Shown here in pieces: positions 12,900 through 25,290 of a stretch of DNA of 64,000 nt. This DNA comes from Lama guanicoe (taxonomy: Eukaryota). The notes under the pieces are model-generated. The model was not told the DNA's origin. It made no database searches and saw only the letters and a list, made by a program, of their open reading frames with translations. Each line of letters opens with the position of its first letter. The stretch's first letter is position 1. The stretch lies in assembly GCA_013239625.1 (NCBI GenBank), contig MU054391.1:2943130-3007129 (forward strand), given 5' to 3'. Position numbers and translations under genes: made by a program.

Positions 12900-14410
12900 C
12901 AGGGACCTTTAAAACCTCATTTCTCTTGGCTGCTGTGAATATCTGACCAATTTCCCCATGCTTAGGTTTTCTTCTGCCTCCTTCGGAGGTGCTTTTTACT
13001 GGCCGGATTTCTTATCTAGTGTTTTCCCGTCAAGCCGTCTTTATTGCTTCCTTGCTTTCTACTCAGTCTTTAAAAGCGGCTTTGCTTACAATTCTGCCCC
13101 TGATTTCTCTTCTCTTGTCCTTCTGCACCTCCTCCCCTGGTGACCCCGTGCCACTCCCATGATGCTGCCTCCTCCTCGCATCTGTTCCCAGCCCTGACCT
13201 CTCTCCTCCGGCTTCCAGAAGCAGAGCTCAAATCGCCTCTCCTCTCGCATTTCTCAAAGGCATCCCCAAACCCACCATATTCAACTTTGAGCTCACCGTC
13301 AACTTCTCTGTCCCCAGAAAAATCTGCCTTTTCTTCCCTATTCCAGACCTCCCCAAATGCCACCCTCCTTCCCCTGAGGTCCAAGTCAGGGACCTCGGTT
13401 GTGTGGATGCAAGGTTACCACTTGCTCAGGACTCCCTTCAGGAACACCTGCTGCTGGGAACACGGTTATGGGGCGTCCCCAGCTGCCCAGCCCTCAGGTC
13501 GCAGGGAGGCACACACCAGGCCGTGCTCTCGCTGGGGGCTCCCGGCCACGTCCGCCCTAGGCTGGGCTCCTCTAAGGGGCTACCTTTGCGCCAGGGCTCT
13601 CGGTCAGCCTGGCCGGGGCTTCTGAGAAACGCATTGCAGTTGGAAGCTCTCCACCCCTCAGCCTCCTTCCTCCCCTGTCTCCTTCCACAGGTGGCCGACC
13701 TCTGTCAGGTGTGCAGGCTCTCTGGTCCTCTCGCCCCCTTTCCCCTCCTTCCCTCGGCACCGCCATCGTCACCCTCCCGCAGGACACAGCCACCTGCTGT
13801 GTCATGACACCCCCTGGTCTCCAGTCCTTTCCCTGCCTCCCTCCCGCGCTGCAGAGCGACCTTTCAAAAGCAGGTCTAATGCAGCCCCTCTCCAGCTGGT
13901 CTCCCTCACAGGTCCTCTGTTCGCCTGGGTCCAAAGTCCCTCCTCAGGTTGACGGCTGGCTCCGTGTCTTTGCCGTCAGGCTCCTTTCTGACTTTCTGTC
14001 CGTAACGCAGACTCGCTTCCACCAGGGCGGACCTTTTCAGTTACTCAACAGCTGAAGATGATACTTTGCTATTTCCCTTTGTCTGCAGACTGGCTGACAC
14101 CTCACACACGCTCGTCCTCCACGTCTCACGCTGTCTGGGCAGAAACACTCCAGGCCGCCCCTCCCCGCACTTGGTGGCCGCTCTGCTTTTGACTTCCTGT
14201 CGCGCCTGCACTTGGTTTTGCAGGTTCCTGTATCGCACCAGGGTGCACGGCTCGTCCAGCTGCCATCCCCTTGGGCAAAGGATGAGCCCGGGGGAGCCGA
14301 CCTGCACCTCTCCTGTTCACAGCGTCCTTCCTGCGCCCCGCACAGACCTGGCTCCGTTGATGTAAATGGGTGCGAGTGATGCCTCTGTCGTGTATGAATA
14401 AATGAATAAA
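12900..14410 (+). mobile_element. Degenerate L2 LINE 3' region (possibly interrupted)
   Basis: Pyrimidine-rich L2-like blocks (ggcatccccaaacccacc, gcagagcgacctttcaaaagcaggtctaat) ending in the L2 tail tgaataaatgaata. Confidence 0.6.
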
Positions 14411-16369
14411 AGGTTCATTTTTCTCGAGATCCACGAAGGCAGCCGAAACAGTAAGAAAACGAGTAGGCACAAATCTGAAATTCCATTTTGTGTTCCAGTG
14501 ACATCTTCCGGGGCAGGGGCTGATACCGCGTGAGCCTTAAGGGGGAGGAGGCAACACAGGGCTTTCTCCCCCCAGGTTCGTGTCTCCAGGTTCCCGAAGT
14601 GGGGAGGCCCTTCCCCGGGCGGACAGTGCCCACCGGGCTGTGCCTGGAAAGCACACTGCGCTCGGGTTCCCAGCAGCCAGCTGCCCAGCTGCCACCTGCC
14701 AGCGGTTCATTTGGTCGCCCCCTCGCCACCTCCACTGGCCCCAGAGAGCCTTTTGCCCACGTCCCGGGCGTGTTCTGAAGCCACCGGGCTCGGTCCCCAC
14801 TTGCTCCCGGGGTGTGAAGGGCAGTGAGGTCACATGTGGAACCCACCTGACAGTGATGCTGCCTTGCCCTCGCAGAGCCGGGGAGGTGAGGCGGGGAGTC
14901 CGGGCGGACGGAGCTGCTGGCTTCAGGCTGGCTTGTCAGTGGCAGTAAATCAAGTTAAGGGCGCACTTAAATACAGCCTTTCTTTCCAAAATCCCAGCCC
15001 TCCCTGGCTGCACAAGCCAAAACAAGATGAGGAATTTGTCTTCTTCCCCTCTCCCAGGGCACGGCTCCTCCAGTGGCTGGCCCCTCGGTATGCGGACACG
15101 CCCGGAGCAGCCCGTTCTCTGAGGGACTTTGCGAGGCTTCTCCCGCGGGCGAGCCTTTGACAGAACGTTGCTTGTCCTTTCTGTCGTCGCCGGGAGGACA
15201 CCGAGCTTGGTTTCTCTCCCCGAACGGACTCTTCTATTTTATTTCTCAAATCCGGACCAACACACCCTGGAATGTCACCTCCCAGCTCTCACAGTAAAGG
15301 TAACGATTAAGCACCTCACAGGCAGTTCGCACACCCGGCATGGAGCGCTAGGTGTACTGCATTCTCCTGATGAAGGTTTGGAAAGACCTCTTTCTGGAGG
15401 GTCTATTGCAAGGGATTTTGCAAAACTCTCTCAGGCTCGTGGCTAACTCGCCAAAGGGGCTGTGGAATTTGTTTAAAGGATGAGAAACCAGGGCCCCAGG
15501 ACCTGACTCCCAGCCCAGGGCTCCCGAGATAGCCGGCCGACATCCGCTCCCACTGACACCCGCCCTCCCTCACTCAACCTGCCCGAGAACCGCCTGCTCC
15601 AGGCCCCATCTCACACTGTTCGATCATTCTGATGCGCTGTTTGCAGGGTTCTTGGGGGCCCGTGACCCCAACTTCATCAGCTTCACCTGGCCTGCTTGTT
15701 AAGAACCAGCTTCCTGGCTCCAGGGCCCCATCGTGAGGACAGGGAGAGAGCCAGAGGGTGTCAAGACCCTACCCTGCTGCCCAGCCCGCCCTGCAACCCC
15801 AGTGGGAGCCACCCCACGAGGACCCTTAAACCGCTCCAATGTAGGCAAGTACAACTGCACAGCATGTTTTCTGACCTTCGATGGGGACACATCTTTCCGA
15901 AACATCTATTAAAGGGGCCCCTTTCTGGAACCTCATTTCTCTACCTTCTCTCCTGTGCCCTTTGGGAGATTTCATAAACGTTTGTCACTGCAGCAGGAGT
16001 CAGGACGTAGCCCCAAGAACGTAACATCGTGTATGAGGATGAAGATGAGGAGTCTACAGAAGGGACTGGACAGCCTGCGAGGGGCGTGGCTCTGAAAGGT
16101 GCAAAGACGTTTGAGTTGGAGATCGATGTGAGTCGTGCAGAAGCTGGATCCGAGGGACGGAGGCCCAGGAAGAAGGAGGGGCTGAGAGATGATTAACATC
16201 CCAGAGACCCGGGGCCATCCTGGAGCCCACAGCTGACGCAGCCGTGGACTTGGAGGCAGGTGCTTTTCCACGCCGGGGTGCAGGCGTGTTGCAGATTGAG
16301 CAGCGGGCTTGGGGGCCTGGGGGAGGAAGCCCTCAGCTCAGAGTCCCTCTGCATGTCCTGCTGTGGGGT

Positions 16370-16542
16370 CTGGGCACCTGAGCGAACCTTTCTGAGCCTC
16401 AGTTTTCTCATCTGTGAAATGTGCGGCATATGCGCCCCTACCTCTTAGGGTTCGAGTGAGGATGACCCAAGGCAATGCTCTCTCGAGGGGCCTGGAAGAG
16501 TGCTGGGCACAGAGCACATAGTGGGCCTTTGGTAAACGTGGC
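16370..16542 (+). mobile_element. MIR SINE
   Basis: ctttctgagcctcagttttctcatctgtgaaatg...cctacctcttagggtt...gtgaggat...gcacatagtgggcc. Confidence 0.8.
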
Positions 16543-17159
16543 CTCTGTGGTTTGGCAAGATGACAGCTATGGTATTTGTCAGCAGGAGGTGACCCGTGAC
16601 ACACAGCTGCTTCTGGGTCACAGCCGGTTCAGAAACCAGGTTGTAATCAGAGATGCGTCAGCTGAGGGTTAAGGACAAGCAGACAACAGACTGGATTCCT
16701 GCTTTCTGGTCTGCTCGGGCTAATTTGTTTTACGGACTGGGGTTCCACGCTGCACAGGTGAGCTTTTCATCGATGAGGCTTTGTACACTTGGATGGCATC
16801 CTAGCATCAGGAGAAATGACGTCTGCAAAATAACTTGTCAGAACCGCCACAGAGCCCTGCCGTTGATCACCGCGCTGCACTCGGAGGAATGCTGGACCCA
16901 GGGGCAGCTCTCCGCAATCCGGGCTGGATGGGAAACCCCTCTCCTGGGATTCTGAAGACGCCAGAAACCAGAGGACGTCTGAAAAAGGAAGAGGTGCTCC
17001 TTGACCCTGGCCACCTCGGCACGCTCAGCCAGCCTGTCGGCTTCGAGAGGAAAATGAATAACAAATAAGCCAGAATGCCCAGGGAAGACGAAACCCGCCC
17101 GGCAAAGGTGCGTCTCGGGTCTCAGGAGAGGTCGCCGCGGGAAACGGGCTTGATTCGAT

Positions 17160-17340
17160 GGGCTTCACACCTGAGCCTTTTACCAGCTCCGTGACCTTGA
17201 GCGTGTCACTTAAACTTCCTGACCTTTGTCTGGACGGTAAGGCTCAGGAGGCCTGGCTTGCACTTTGAACCTGAAGATCAAGGGAAAGATTCTGTAAAAT
17301 GCATAGCCGGCCCTGGGGTCCAGTGGGTGCTCAAGGCTTC
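17160..17340 (+). mobile_element. MIR SINE (degenerate)
   Basis: ccagctccgtgaccttgagcgtgtcacttaaactt MIR-like block. Confidence 0.55.
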
Positions 17341-17488
17341 GGGGAGTTTCTTTTGCTTTTCCCCTTTCTTTGAGAACTTTGTCTCCCAGAGAGAGTCACA
17401 GTTGAATTCTGGGTCCTCACCTTAGGCTAACCTGAAAGTTATTTAAATACAGCAAATTAACATACTTTGATTAGTTTAACAAACTTTT

Positions 17489-17688
17489 CCATTATGCCTG
17501 GGAGAAAACCAATAAAACAAACAAACCAAAAAAAAAAAAAAAAAAAAAAGAAACCAACAAAAAAGCAAAGGGCAAAGGACCCGAGTTACCATTATGCCTG
17601 GGAGAAAACCAATAAAACAAACAAACCAAAAAAAAAAAAAAAAAAGAAAGAAACCAACATAAAAGCAAAGGTCAAAGGACCAGAGTTG
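17489..17688. repeat. Exact 100-bp-period tandem duplication around an A-run
   Basis: 17489-17588 and 17589-17688 differ at only 5 positions. Confidence 0.95.
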
Positions 17689-19099
17689 AAAGCATCTGAT
17701 GAATGCCAGTGAATGTGCCCTTGTTAGATCTGGAAGAAAAGAGAATTTCAAAGATGTAAGTATTTTTATGGAAAGTGACCAGACCCACCCTCCTGCAGGT
17801 TCAAAAGCCCGGTGTGTTAGGAGGCTGGTCTCAGGGGCCATCAGTCAGAGGCCGGAGCCCCAGGGATCTCCTTAAGGAGCAGAGCTGAGCCCTACGCGGA
17901 GCTCTGACCGGAGGGCTGGGCCGCGCTGGGGGCTGGCGGGTGAGCGGGGCAAATTCCCGGCTTGCCTGACTGTCCCCAGGGCCGGCTTCTCAGCCTCTGG
18001 GTCTCCCAGGGCAGTGCCGTGGGCTCAGACCTGAAGGTGTCCACTCCTTCTTCTGTCACATAAGGTACAGCAAAGAGGCTGACTATCACCTTTGCAGAGA
18101 AAGGCACTTTAATCCTGAAAAGCAGAAGGTTATAACCTTAGAGGATTGTCCTGGAAATGGACTGCATTTTATTCTAGGAAAAACTCACAATGCTATTTTC
18201 TATATTTCCTGGGAAGTTTGGGAGCCACGGCGAGGTGGCTGGGCTCCTTGGCCACTCCCTCCAAGGTGCTCTGGGAAGAGGCAGTGAGGAGCAGGCTGCT
18301 TGGCACGTGATAACCACGGAGTAAGTGGAGGGACACCTTTGTGGGGGGCGTCTGTGGATCCCCACCCGCTCACTGGCCCTGTTTTTGCCTTGGTCAGACC
18401 CTTGGAGAAGGGGGAACTTCCGTCCCAGCCTGGGCTGGCTGGCGGGCTTCCCAGGGACCGCGGGTGGTAAACTCAGACGGTCCCAGTGGGAGGAGATGGC
18501 AGGTCCGGTCACTCACATCATGTTCCCATTTCTGCGTCAGGCGCTGAAACTCAGAGACGCCGGAGGGAGGGTGTGGGCAGCACCGCCCGGGGGACAGGCC
18601 TACGACGGAAACCCCCATCTTCATGCAACTGGCTTGGTGTTTTGTTCTCTAGGTTCATCCGAGCAACGGCACATGGGACAGAACTTCTTTGGTGTCAGTT
18701 ACGAAGCGAGAATCGCGAGGTGGCCACAGATACCAGAAAGTCGGCTTGTGCAGAAGTGAACCCATCTCCACGTGCATGGACGGCCAAGCCCTGGATCAAG
18801 GGTGATCTTTTATAAAAGCAGACCTTTCTTTGCCCTTTTCGGATCATTCTTGATTTTGTGAACCTTGGCAGCTTCTAGTTTTTTTCTTCGATACTCTGGC
18901 TGGGCAGCTGATCTGGATTGGCCCCAGTTTCGTTTACGACCTTTGACCTCAAGTGGCCACTTCCAGCTGCCCAGGGTGAGCCTCGGCCAGTCGCCCTGCC
19001 CTTCTGGACGGTGGTCTCCTGCCTTTCCCTTCCTCCAGGTCTCAGCACCTCCTCCCAGGTCCTCAGCTCTGTCAGCCCCACCACCCTCGGAACTGCGCG

Positions 19100-19401
19100 G
19101 GTCACCATGGCATCTTCACTACGGACCCAGTGGTGGGATAACCATCTTTAACCTGACCTCCGCCCGGACAGCAGTGACCCAGCTGGTCTGGTCACTCCTG
19201 TGCTACGAATGCTTTGGTCACCTGGCTTCCAGGACCCCACGCTCTTTGGGTTTCTCTAAGTCACTGTTCATTTTTCCTCAAGGTCCCTGTTGGCCTCTGG
19301 AGTCCCCTCAACCTGTCAGCACTGGAGTGACCAGGTGCTCCACCTTGGACGTCTCTCTTCTGTTTCGTGGCCTGCCCCTCGGCCATCTCATCTACCTCCA
19401 C

Positions 19402-19451
<50 letters not shown>

Positions 19452-20390
19452 ACACCCTCCACCTGCTGGCAACGCCCACGCTCACATCCTGGCTCCGTCT
19501 GTCCCAGGGTCCAGCTTTGTGCGTCCTCCCACAGACTTGCTATCCCCCTTGAACTTCTGGCGAATGTCTCCTACGTCTCCTGCTAAGCACGTCCAGAACT
19601 GTAACCCCGCCTTTCACCACACTGGCCTGCTTGGGCTGCAGCCTCCCCGTCTCACAGAACACCAGCTCCCTCTATGGGGCTGGCCAGGTCAAAACCGAAC
19701 GTCTGAGCTCTCACTGTCTCGTGAGGTCTGTGGACACGTCTCATTGGCTGTGCTTTCAAGACGTATTTTGAAATGTCAACCGCCATCATTTAGTCCACGG
19801 CCCTGAAGCCCCGTGACCGGGTCCTAGACGGCAGGCAGCCAGCTAAAGGGGTCTGTTAAAACCCAAGTCGCATTACATCATCCTTCTGTCCAAGACCCCT
19901 CCCCTTCCCTCAAAGCCTGCGGAGCCCACACGGCGCCCCCAGCCCCCAGCCCTCTGCTCCCAGCGGCATCTCCAGCCCCACGTCTTGTGATGCGGCACAA
20001 GGTCTGGGGGCTCAGGCCTCACTGGCTTCCGTGCTGTGTGCTCAGACTGTCCTGGCCACATGGACCCCCCCGCCCGGGGGGCCCCTCCGCCTCCACCCCC
20101 TCTGCCAGGGACTCAGGACTTGATCCCCAGGCACCTCCCTCCCGCCCCTTCTTCAGGTCTGACCGCCTTCCACTTGGAGGGAGTCCTCGACCACCCCGCG
20201 TTAAAGCTGTGCACCCCCGACTCGGGCTCCGTTCTCTGCTGTGATTTCACCAGCACATTCCCCCTCAGTTTGCTTCTTTGTTCTCTCTCCCACTGGTCTG
20301 TAAACTCCATGGCTACGTAGGTCTCCGTGTGTTCTGCTCCCAGAGCCTAGATTAGAGCCTGACAACTGCGAGGTGTCTGGCTAACGTGTG
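19100..20390 (+). mobile_element. L2 LINE including a decayed reverse transcriptase region
   Basis: ggcttccaggaccccacgctct...ggagtgaccaggtgctccaccttggac...ggccatctcatc aligns (from memory) to the L2 RT segment GVPQGSVLGPLLF...LGDLI. L2 3' blocks follow, ending near ctgtaaactccatgg...agagcctgaca. Confidence 0.75.
19404..19450. repeat. (GT)n microsatellite
   Basis: About 23 perfect GT units. Confidence 0.98.
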
Positions 20391-21719
20391 GGGGGTGGAT
20401 TTGAGGCCGTTTCCACGGAATCAGAAGGGGACCCGTGGCGAGGGGTTCTGGTCGTGAGCCTGAGCCAGCAGCAAAGCCCGCACACTGACTACACTGAAGG
20501 TGTTCCAGCAGAATCGCAGTGATGGGTCTGGTCTCCGAGGAGCTAAGTGACCAGAGCCCGTCTCCCGCCACGTGAAGTTCCTCTCAGGGCCCCGTTCCTT
20601 CACCCTAGGAGTGACCACAGTAGCCGCCTGGGGCCGGCGGGCTGACACCGCCTCCTTGGCTGAGCTTAACTGCAGGCTTGTGTGATGAGAACCAGCCCAG
20701 GGGCAGGCCCGCGTCCTGAAAGTCTCCAGAGCACGGCTCTCAGACCTGTGCTTGATCAGAGCCAGGCAAACTCCTCCTGTGGCACCAGACCTCGTCCTCA
20801 GGTGCTCAGCAAAGCGGGGCTTTGGTTCCAGGCTGGGACGATGGTGCTGCCCCAGCAGGGGCACTTCCTTTGGAGGGACTTCCTTTCCTCCTTCACACGC
20901 CAGCCCCATCACCATCCTGCTTGCCCCTGCCCCCCAGAAAGTTTTGAAACTGCTCTACGAATCTCCTGGATTCTCTTAGCTTTGACTCCCAAGACTGGCT
21001 TCCAGGCTGAAAACAAAACACTTGGAACACTGTAGCTTTAGAAATTTTTGCCACAAGGATGGGTGACTTTAAGACATTTTACTCCTTGGCATTTTTAGAT
21101 AACTTTATCAAAATTGTAGGAGATGATCAAAAGACACTGCTGTTTTTCACAGCATGAGAGCCTGGGGAGAAGCGAGTTGACTGGGAAGTCATTCTCCCCA
21201 CTGACCCCACCCCCAGGGAGAGTGCCCCATGTGACTTACACGGGGGTGCTGTCACCTGGAGATGAATGCTCCCCAACACGCTCCACATGAGCTTCTGCCC
21301 ATGGCTGACCCGGCATCTCAGAGCAGACCCCTGCGGTAAGGCTGATGCCAGCCCTGCGGCCAACACGTAGACGTCGTTGGATTGGCCAGGTCCACGCGCA
21401 GGACAGGCGATGCAGGTCAGGTCCATTTGATTCAAATCCTGCCTCGGCCGCTTGCTTGGACTTGGACGTTGGCTAAGGTGTGGGGCACCTTTAAGCTTTA
21501 CGCAGGTGCGGACTAGGAGTGACCCTACAGCTGCAGGAAGCAGCCGCGAGGCCGCAGAGAGGTCGGACCCGCCGCGTGTGGGGCTGTCGCCGCTGCCGGG
21601 AGAACGGCTGAGTCAGACTCTCTGCCTCCCGCCCAGGAGGGTCCCACGGGAAGGCCCTTCTGCCCTGGACACTCTGGTTGGGATCATCCAAGTGCTCCTG
21701 TTGGAAAAGGACACGGTGA

Positions 21720-22000
21720 TGAGCTAACACTGGCTCCTCTGTCCCTTGTCCACTGAACATCCAGGACCTTCTGTGTCCTGGGTCCTGTGTCGGGTGCTGC
21801 GGGGTTAGAAGCTGAACCAGACTTAGGTTCACCCCCAAGAAAGCGACGTGCGGGACTGAGGGACTTGAGAGGCAACAGGTCCAGGAACAGGAACGTGGTA
21901 CCAAGTAAGTCGAGTTTGGAAGAGATTGCTCTTCCCTGGGGATCAGGAAAGGTTTGGAAAGGTCGTAGCATTTCAGCTGGGTGTCCAGGAAGAGGCGAGC
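21720..22000 (-). mobile_element. L2 3' fragment (degenerate)
   Basis: ccactgaacatccagg...tgtgtcctgggtcctgtgtcgggtgctgcgg...ggtttggaaaggtc...tttcagctggg resembles antisense L2. Confidence 0.45.
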
Positions 22001-22100
22001 CTGGGGACACAGTGACAGAGAAAAAAGTTTTCCAGCAAAGACAGTGTGGAAACTCTCAGGGAATAGAGGAGCTGGTCTAAAACGCTCTGAGATGTCAACA

Positions 22101-22612
22101 CTTTTATTGTGGTAAAATGTATATAATATAAAATGCACATTTCAACCACTTCTAGGCGCACAGCTCGACAACATTAGAACACTCACGCTGGTTTGCAGCC
22201 ATCACTCTCTGTGTCTCCTGAAGGTGCTTGCAGAATGGAAGCTACTTATTAAAGGAAATCCCCCGTGCCCCTCTTCCAGCCCCTGGTGATCTCCATTCTG
22301 TCTGTGAATTTGGTGGCTCTGGGACCTCACATGTGCGGAATCGCATGGTGCTTGTCTTTTTCTGTCTGGCTGATCTCATTCAGCGTCATTCCTCAGGATT
22401 CATCCGAGCCATGGTATGTGTCAAAACGCCCCTCCTTTTAAGGGCAAAATAAGATTCCATCGTGTGTCTCAACCACGTTTTGTTTGTCCACTCATCTGCT
22501 GATGGACACTTGGGTTGCTTCCACCTGTTTGCTATTGTAAGAAATACCGCCCTCACCGAGAGCTGTGTAGCGACCCCCTCATTTGATCTGCTAGGACATA
22601 AACTCCGCAGGG
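22101..22612 (-). mobile_element. Old LINE-1 (L1MA/MB type) 3' end
   Basis: ttttattgtggtaaaatgtatataatataaaat 3' terminus. The minus-strand ORF 22386-22700 contains ORF2p-like TIANRWKQPKCPSADEWTNK. Confidence 0.9.
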
Positions 22613-23139
22613 GGCGGGGGGCGGCGCTGACAGCTCTGTCCACCGCTGGACTCCCAGAGCCCTGCCCCTGCCAGGCCAGCGCAGGTGTCCAAACCGCCAC
22701 GAGACCACCCTCCTGGGTCTAGCCCCTCCCTCCCAGGCCCAGTGGGGCTGCAGGAGGCCGACACTGGGTGGGGCTGGGTGGGGGCTGTCGGGGGGCTGTG
22801 GGGATGGCAGAGGTTTATCTATAAACCCAGCTTCTCTCGTCTGCTGGCCTGTGACTTTCAACAGGTCTTTTTACTTCTCTGAGATTTAAAGTCCTGCAGG
22901 TTGTAAAAACATGTACGTTCTAGAATGCCCCTGAGGAAGAGACACGATGTAAAAAGTGTACCTGGTTTGTAGCCGGCCTTTATAGCATAGGTAACTATTA
23001 CCATTATAATGCATTTTCAGAAAATAGTTTTATAGAAACTGGAAGACAATTTTTTTTTATTTCAGCGTGGTGTAATTAAAAAAAAAATCAGGAACTATTA
23101 GACGACTATTTTTCCTGCCAGCTTTTCCAAGTCACCTGA

Positions 23140-23270
23140 ACAAGTCACCTAACCACTCAGTGCCTCAGTTTCTCTCTCTCTGGAATGGGGGCGGAGGCTG
23201 TTTCCTTGCCTGACTCACAGGGTCACAGTGGGAGTTAAGGGGGGGTGAGAGCCTTGTGACAATGTTACTT
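23140..23270 (+). mobile_element. MIR SINE fragment
   Basis: caagtcacctaaccactcagtgcctcagtttctctctctctggaatgggg. Confidence 0.7.
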
Positions 23271-23297
23271 TGCTGCGTAACAACAGGGGTGACAGGT

Positions 23298-23440
23298 GGG
23301 GGAGGGTGGGGCTCGGTGGTAGAGCTTGCGCTTAGCATGCACGAGCTCCTGGGTCCAATCCCCCGTCCCTGCATATGAATAAATAAATAAAAACTGAATC
23401 ACCTGACCCCCCAAATAAAATAAAAAATAAAGTGAAAAAT
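23298..23440 (+). mobile_element. tRNA-Ala-derived SINE (Vic-1-like), diverged copy
   Basis: gggagggtggggctcggtggtagagcttgcgcttagcatgcacgagctcctgggtccaatcccc plus an A-rich tail. Clearly paralogous to the copy at 10800. Confidence 0.88.
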
Positions 23441-25119
23441 AGGGGGCGATGGGTCTTAGTCCATTAGCAGAAGCACGATGTGCTTACTAGACTGCTGGGA
23501 ACAAACATTCAAAGAAGGAAGGTGCTCTCGAGTCACCCCCTGGTTGCTCTCCTGCAGTCCGCTGCTCCCGCGCCGGGTGAGAGCCTCAGGGTAAGAAGCA
23601 GCCATCACGGCATCACGCACCTTCCAAGCAGTGGCAGCTTCTCTGCAGCCAGAACAAGCCTGCTTGGGAAAGGAGCAACAGGGCCCCCTCGCAGGGCAAG
23701 GACCCCCCATCCATCCGGCCGGGGCCGTTAAAGGACAAAACCACCCTGGCCCTGAACATGGCAATGATGGCCTGACCCGGGGATGGAGGAGGCACCAGAG
23801 TAACTGTGACGTTTGGCCGGAGGGATGGAGGGGGGTTAATATTTATCCAGCTCTTCCTACCTGCCTGCCCAGAAGCTGCCTTGCAGCCTGGCTTGAAGCA
23901 TCCTTGCAGGGGGAGCAAAGGCTTGGAGTGGGGTTGGGGGGCACTCCAGGCCTCGGGAACCATCAGCGACTCCAGAGGAAGAAGCCCCATTTCTTTGAAT
24001 ACAAATATGACCACTGAGGGCTGAATGTTTGGACCTGGCTATCTTCAGTAACAAGAAGACAGGATTCATCAGCAATTTTGGCTACCTTGCGAGGCCAGGA
24101 ATGTAAGTTAGTCAGGCAAAAACTAAGAACAAAGGGAACAGAGATCCTGGGGCTTGCTCTGCATGGTGCTGGGTAAAGAGGGTCTGGGAGCTTGGCCCTC
24201 TGCAGACATGAATGTGCTGCTCTCAGTAGCTTACTGGTTTTATTTGGCCAGAGAGAGTTGTGTAACCTGTGGAACTTGCCCTTTGCTTTGGCCACCAGTA
24301 ATATTGGAGGAAAGTCTGGGGGAAGGAAGGAAATCATTCTTTGAGAAGAAATTTCCAAGGATGGAGCATTTACTAAGGGTTTTGAAGGATGGCTAGGAGT
24401 TCGCCAGTCCGAGAAGGGGAGGCAGAGAGCATTGCAGGTGTGATGGTACAGTCGCCTGGTGTTCAGGATGGGCAGGTAAGTGGTGTTCTGGGTGTGCTTT
24501 GGAGGAAGTGGCCCAAGTCTAACCCAGGTATTTTCACAGGACCAGAGATGCCAATTTGTCTTTTCTTCTTGTCGCATTGTAGAATAATCTGAAATAATGA
24601 GAGAAATTTTCTTCTCCCACTTTGCACTTAAGTATCTCACAAGGACTAATAGATCTTTGAGTCAAAAAAAATTCAGGCAAAACCAAGTATTAACCTTAGG
24701 ACCAAGGTCCTGTGTGCCCCAAACAAGTAGAGGGGTGAGTCTTGGCCCTCCCGGACTCTCAGGGAGCAGGCTGAGCCTCAGAGAAGTGACAGCATGGACA
24801 AGAGACCGAGGGAAAGAAGATGCTGGGGGCTGGCAGGGGAGGCTCGCAGCCCGGCCGTGGGGCAGGGGGGCTGGCGGCGGGGCCTCAGGCTGCCGGGCAG
24901 CACGGATCTCTGAGCACACAATGGCGCCCTGTAGCCCTGTGTCCAGGAGCCCATTCTTCTGTAAGATACACAGTCCCAGTATCTCCACAAACCCCGAACT
25001 GTGGCAGGGAGCCCTGGCAATTACTGGGATGGAAAATTCTCTTAGCCTGGGACTCAGAGAAATGAACTTTTCCTTACCAGGATGACTGTGTGGCTACCAC
25101 GCTAATAGTAACACCACGC

Positions 25120-25290
25120 TGGGTCCGTGCTGGGCTTCGACGCAGCTCGTCCTCACAGCAGCCCAGGAGGTACGTCCTGCTGCGACCCTGATCTCCAGGT
25201 GCGGGCAGATAACGTCCCCGAGGCCACATCGCTTGGAGCAGCAGAGCTGAGGCTGCACGCCAGGCAGTGTGGCTTCGCAGTCTAGATTTC
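25120..25290 (-). mobile_element. MIR SINE (GC-shifted)
   Basis: tcctcacagcagcccaggaggta...aacgtccccgaggccacatcgct...gcagagctgagg...ccaggcagtgtggct. Confidence 0.6.

Noticed and set aside
4903..18421. NF-kB site cluster
   Set aside because: Only scattered single matches (e.g. 4903, 18412), several imperfect, with no clustering.
24921..24960. Possible first coding exon ATGGCG...TTCT|gtaaga (MAPCSPVSRSPFF)
   Set aside because: Kozak and donor contexts are plausible, but the peptide is unrecognised and I found no convincing downstream coding exons.
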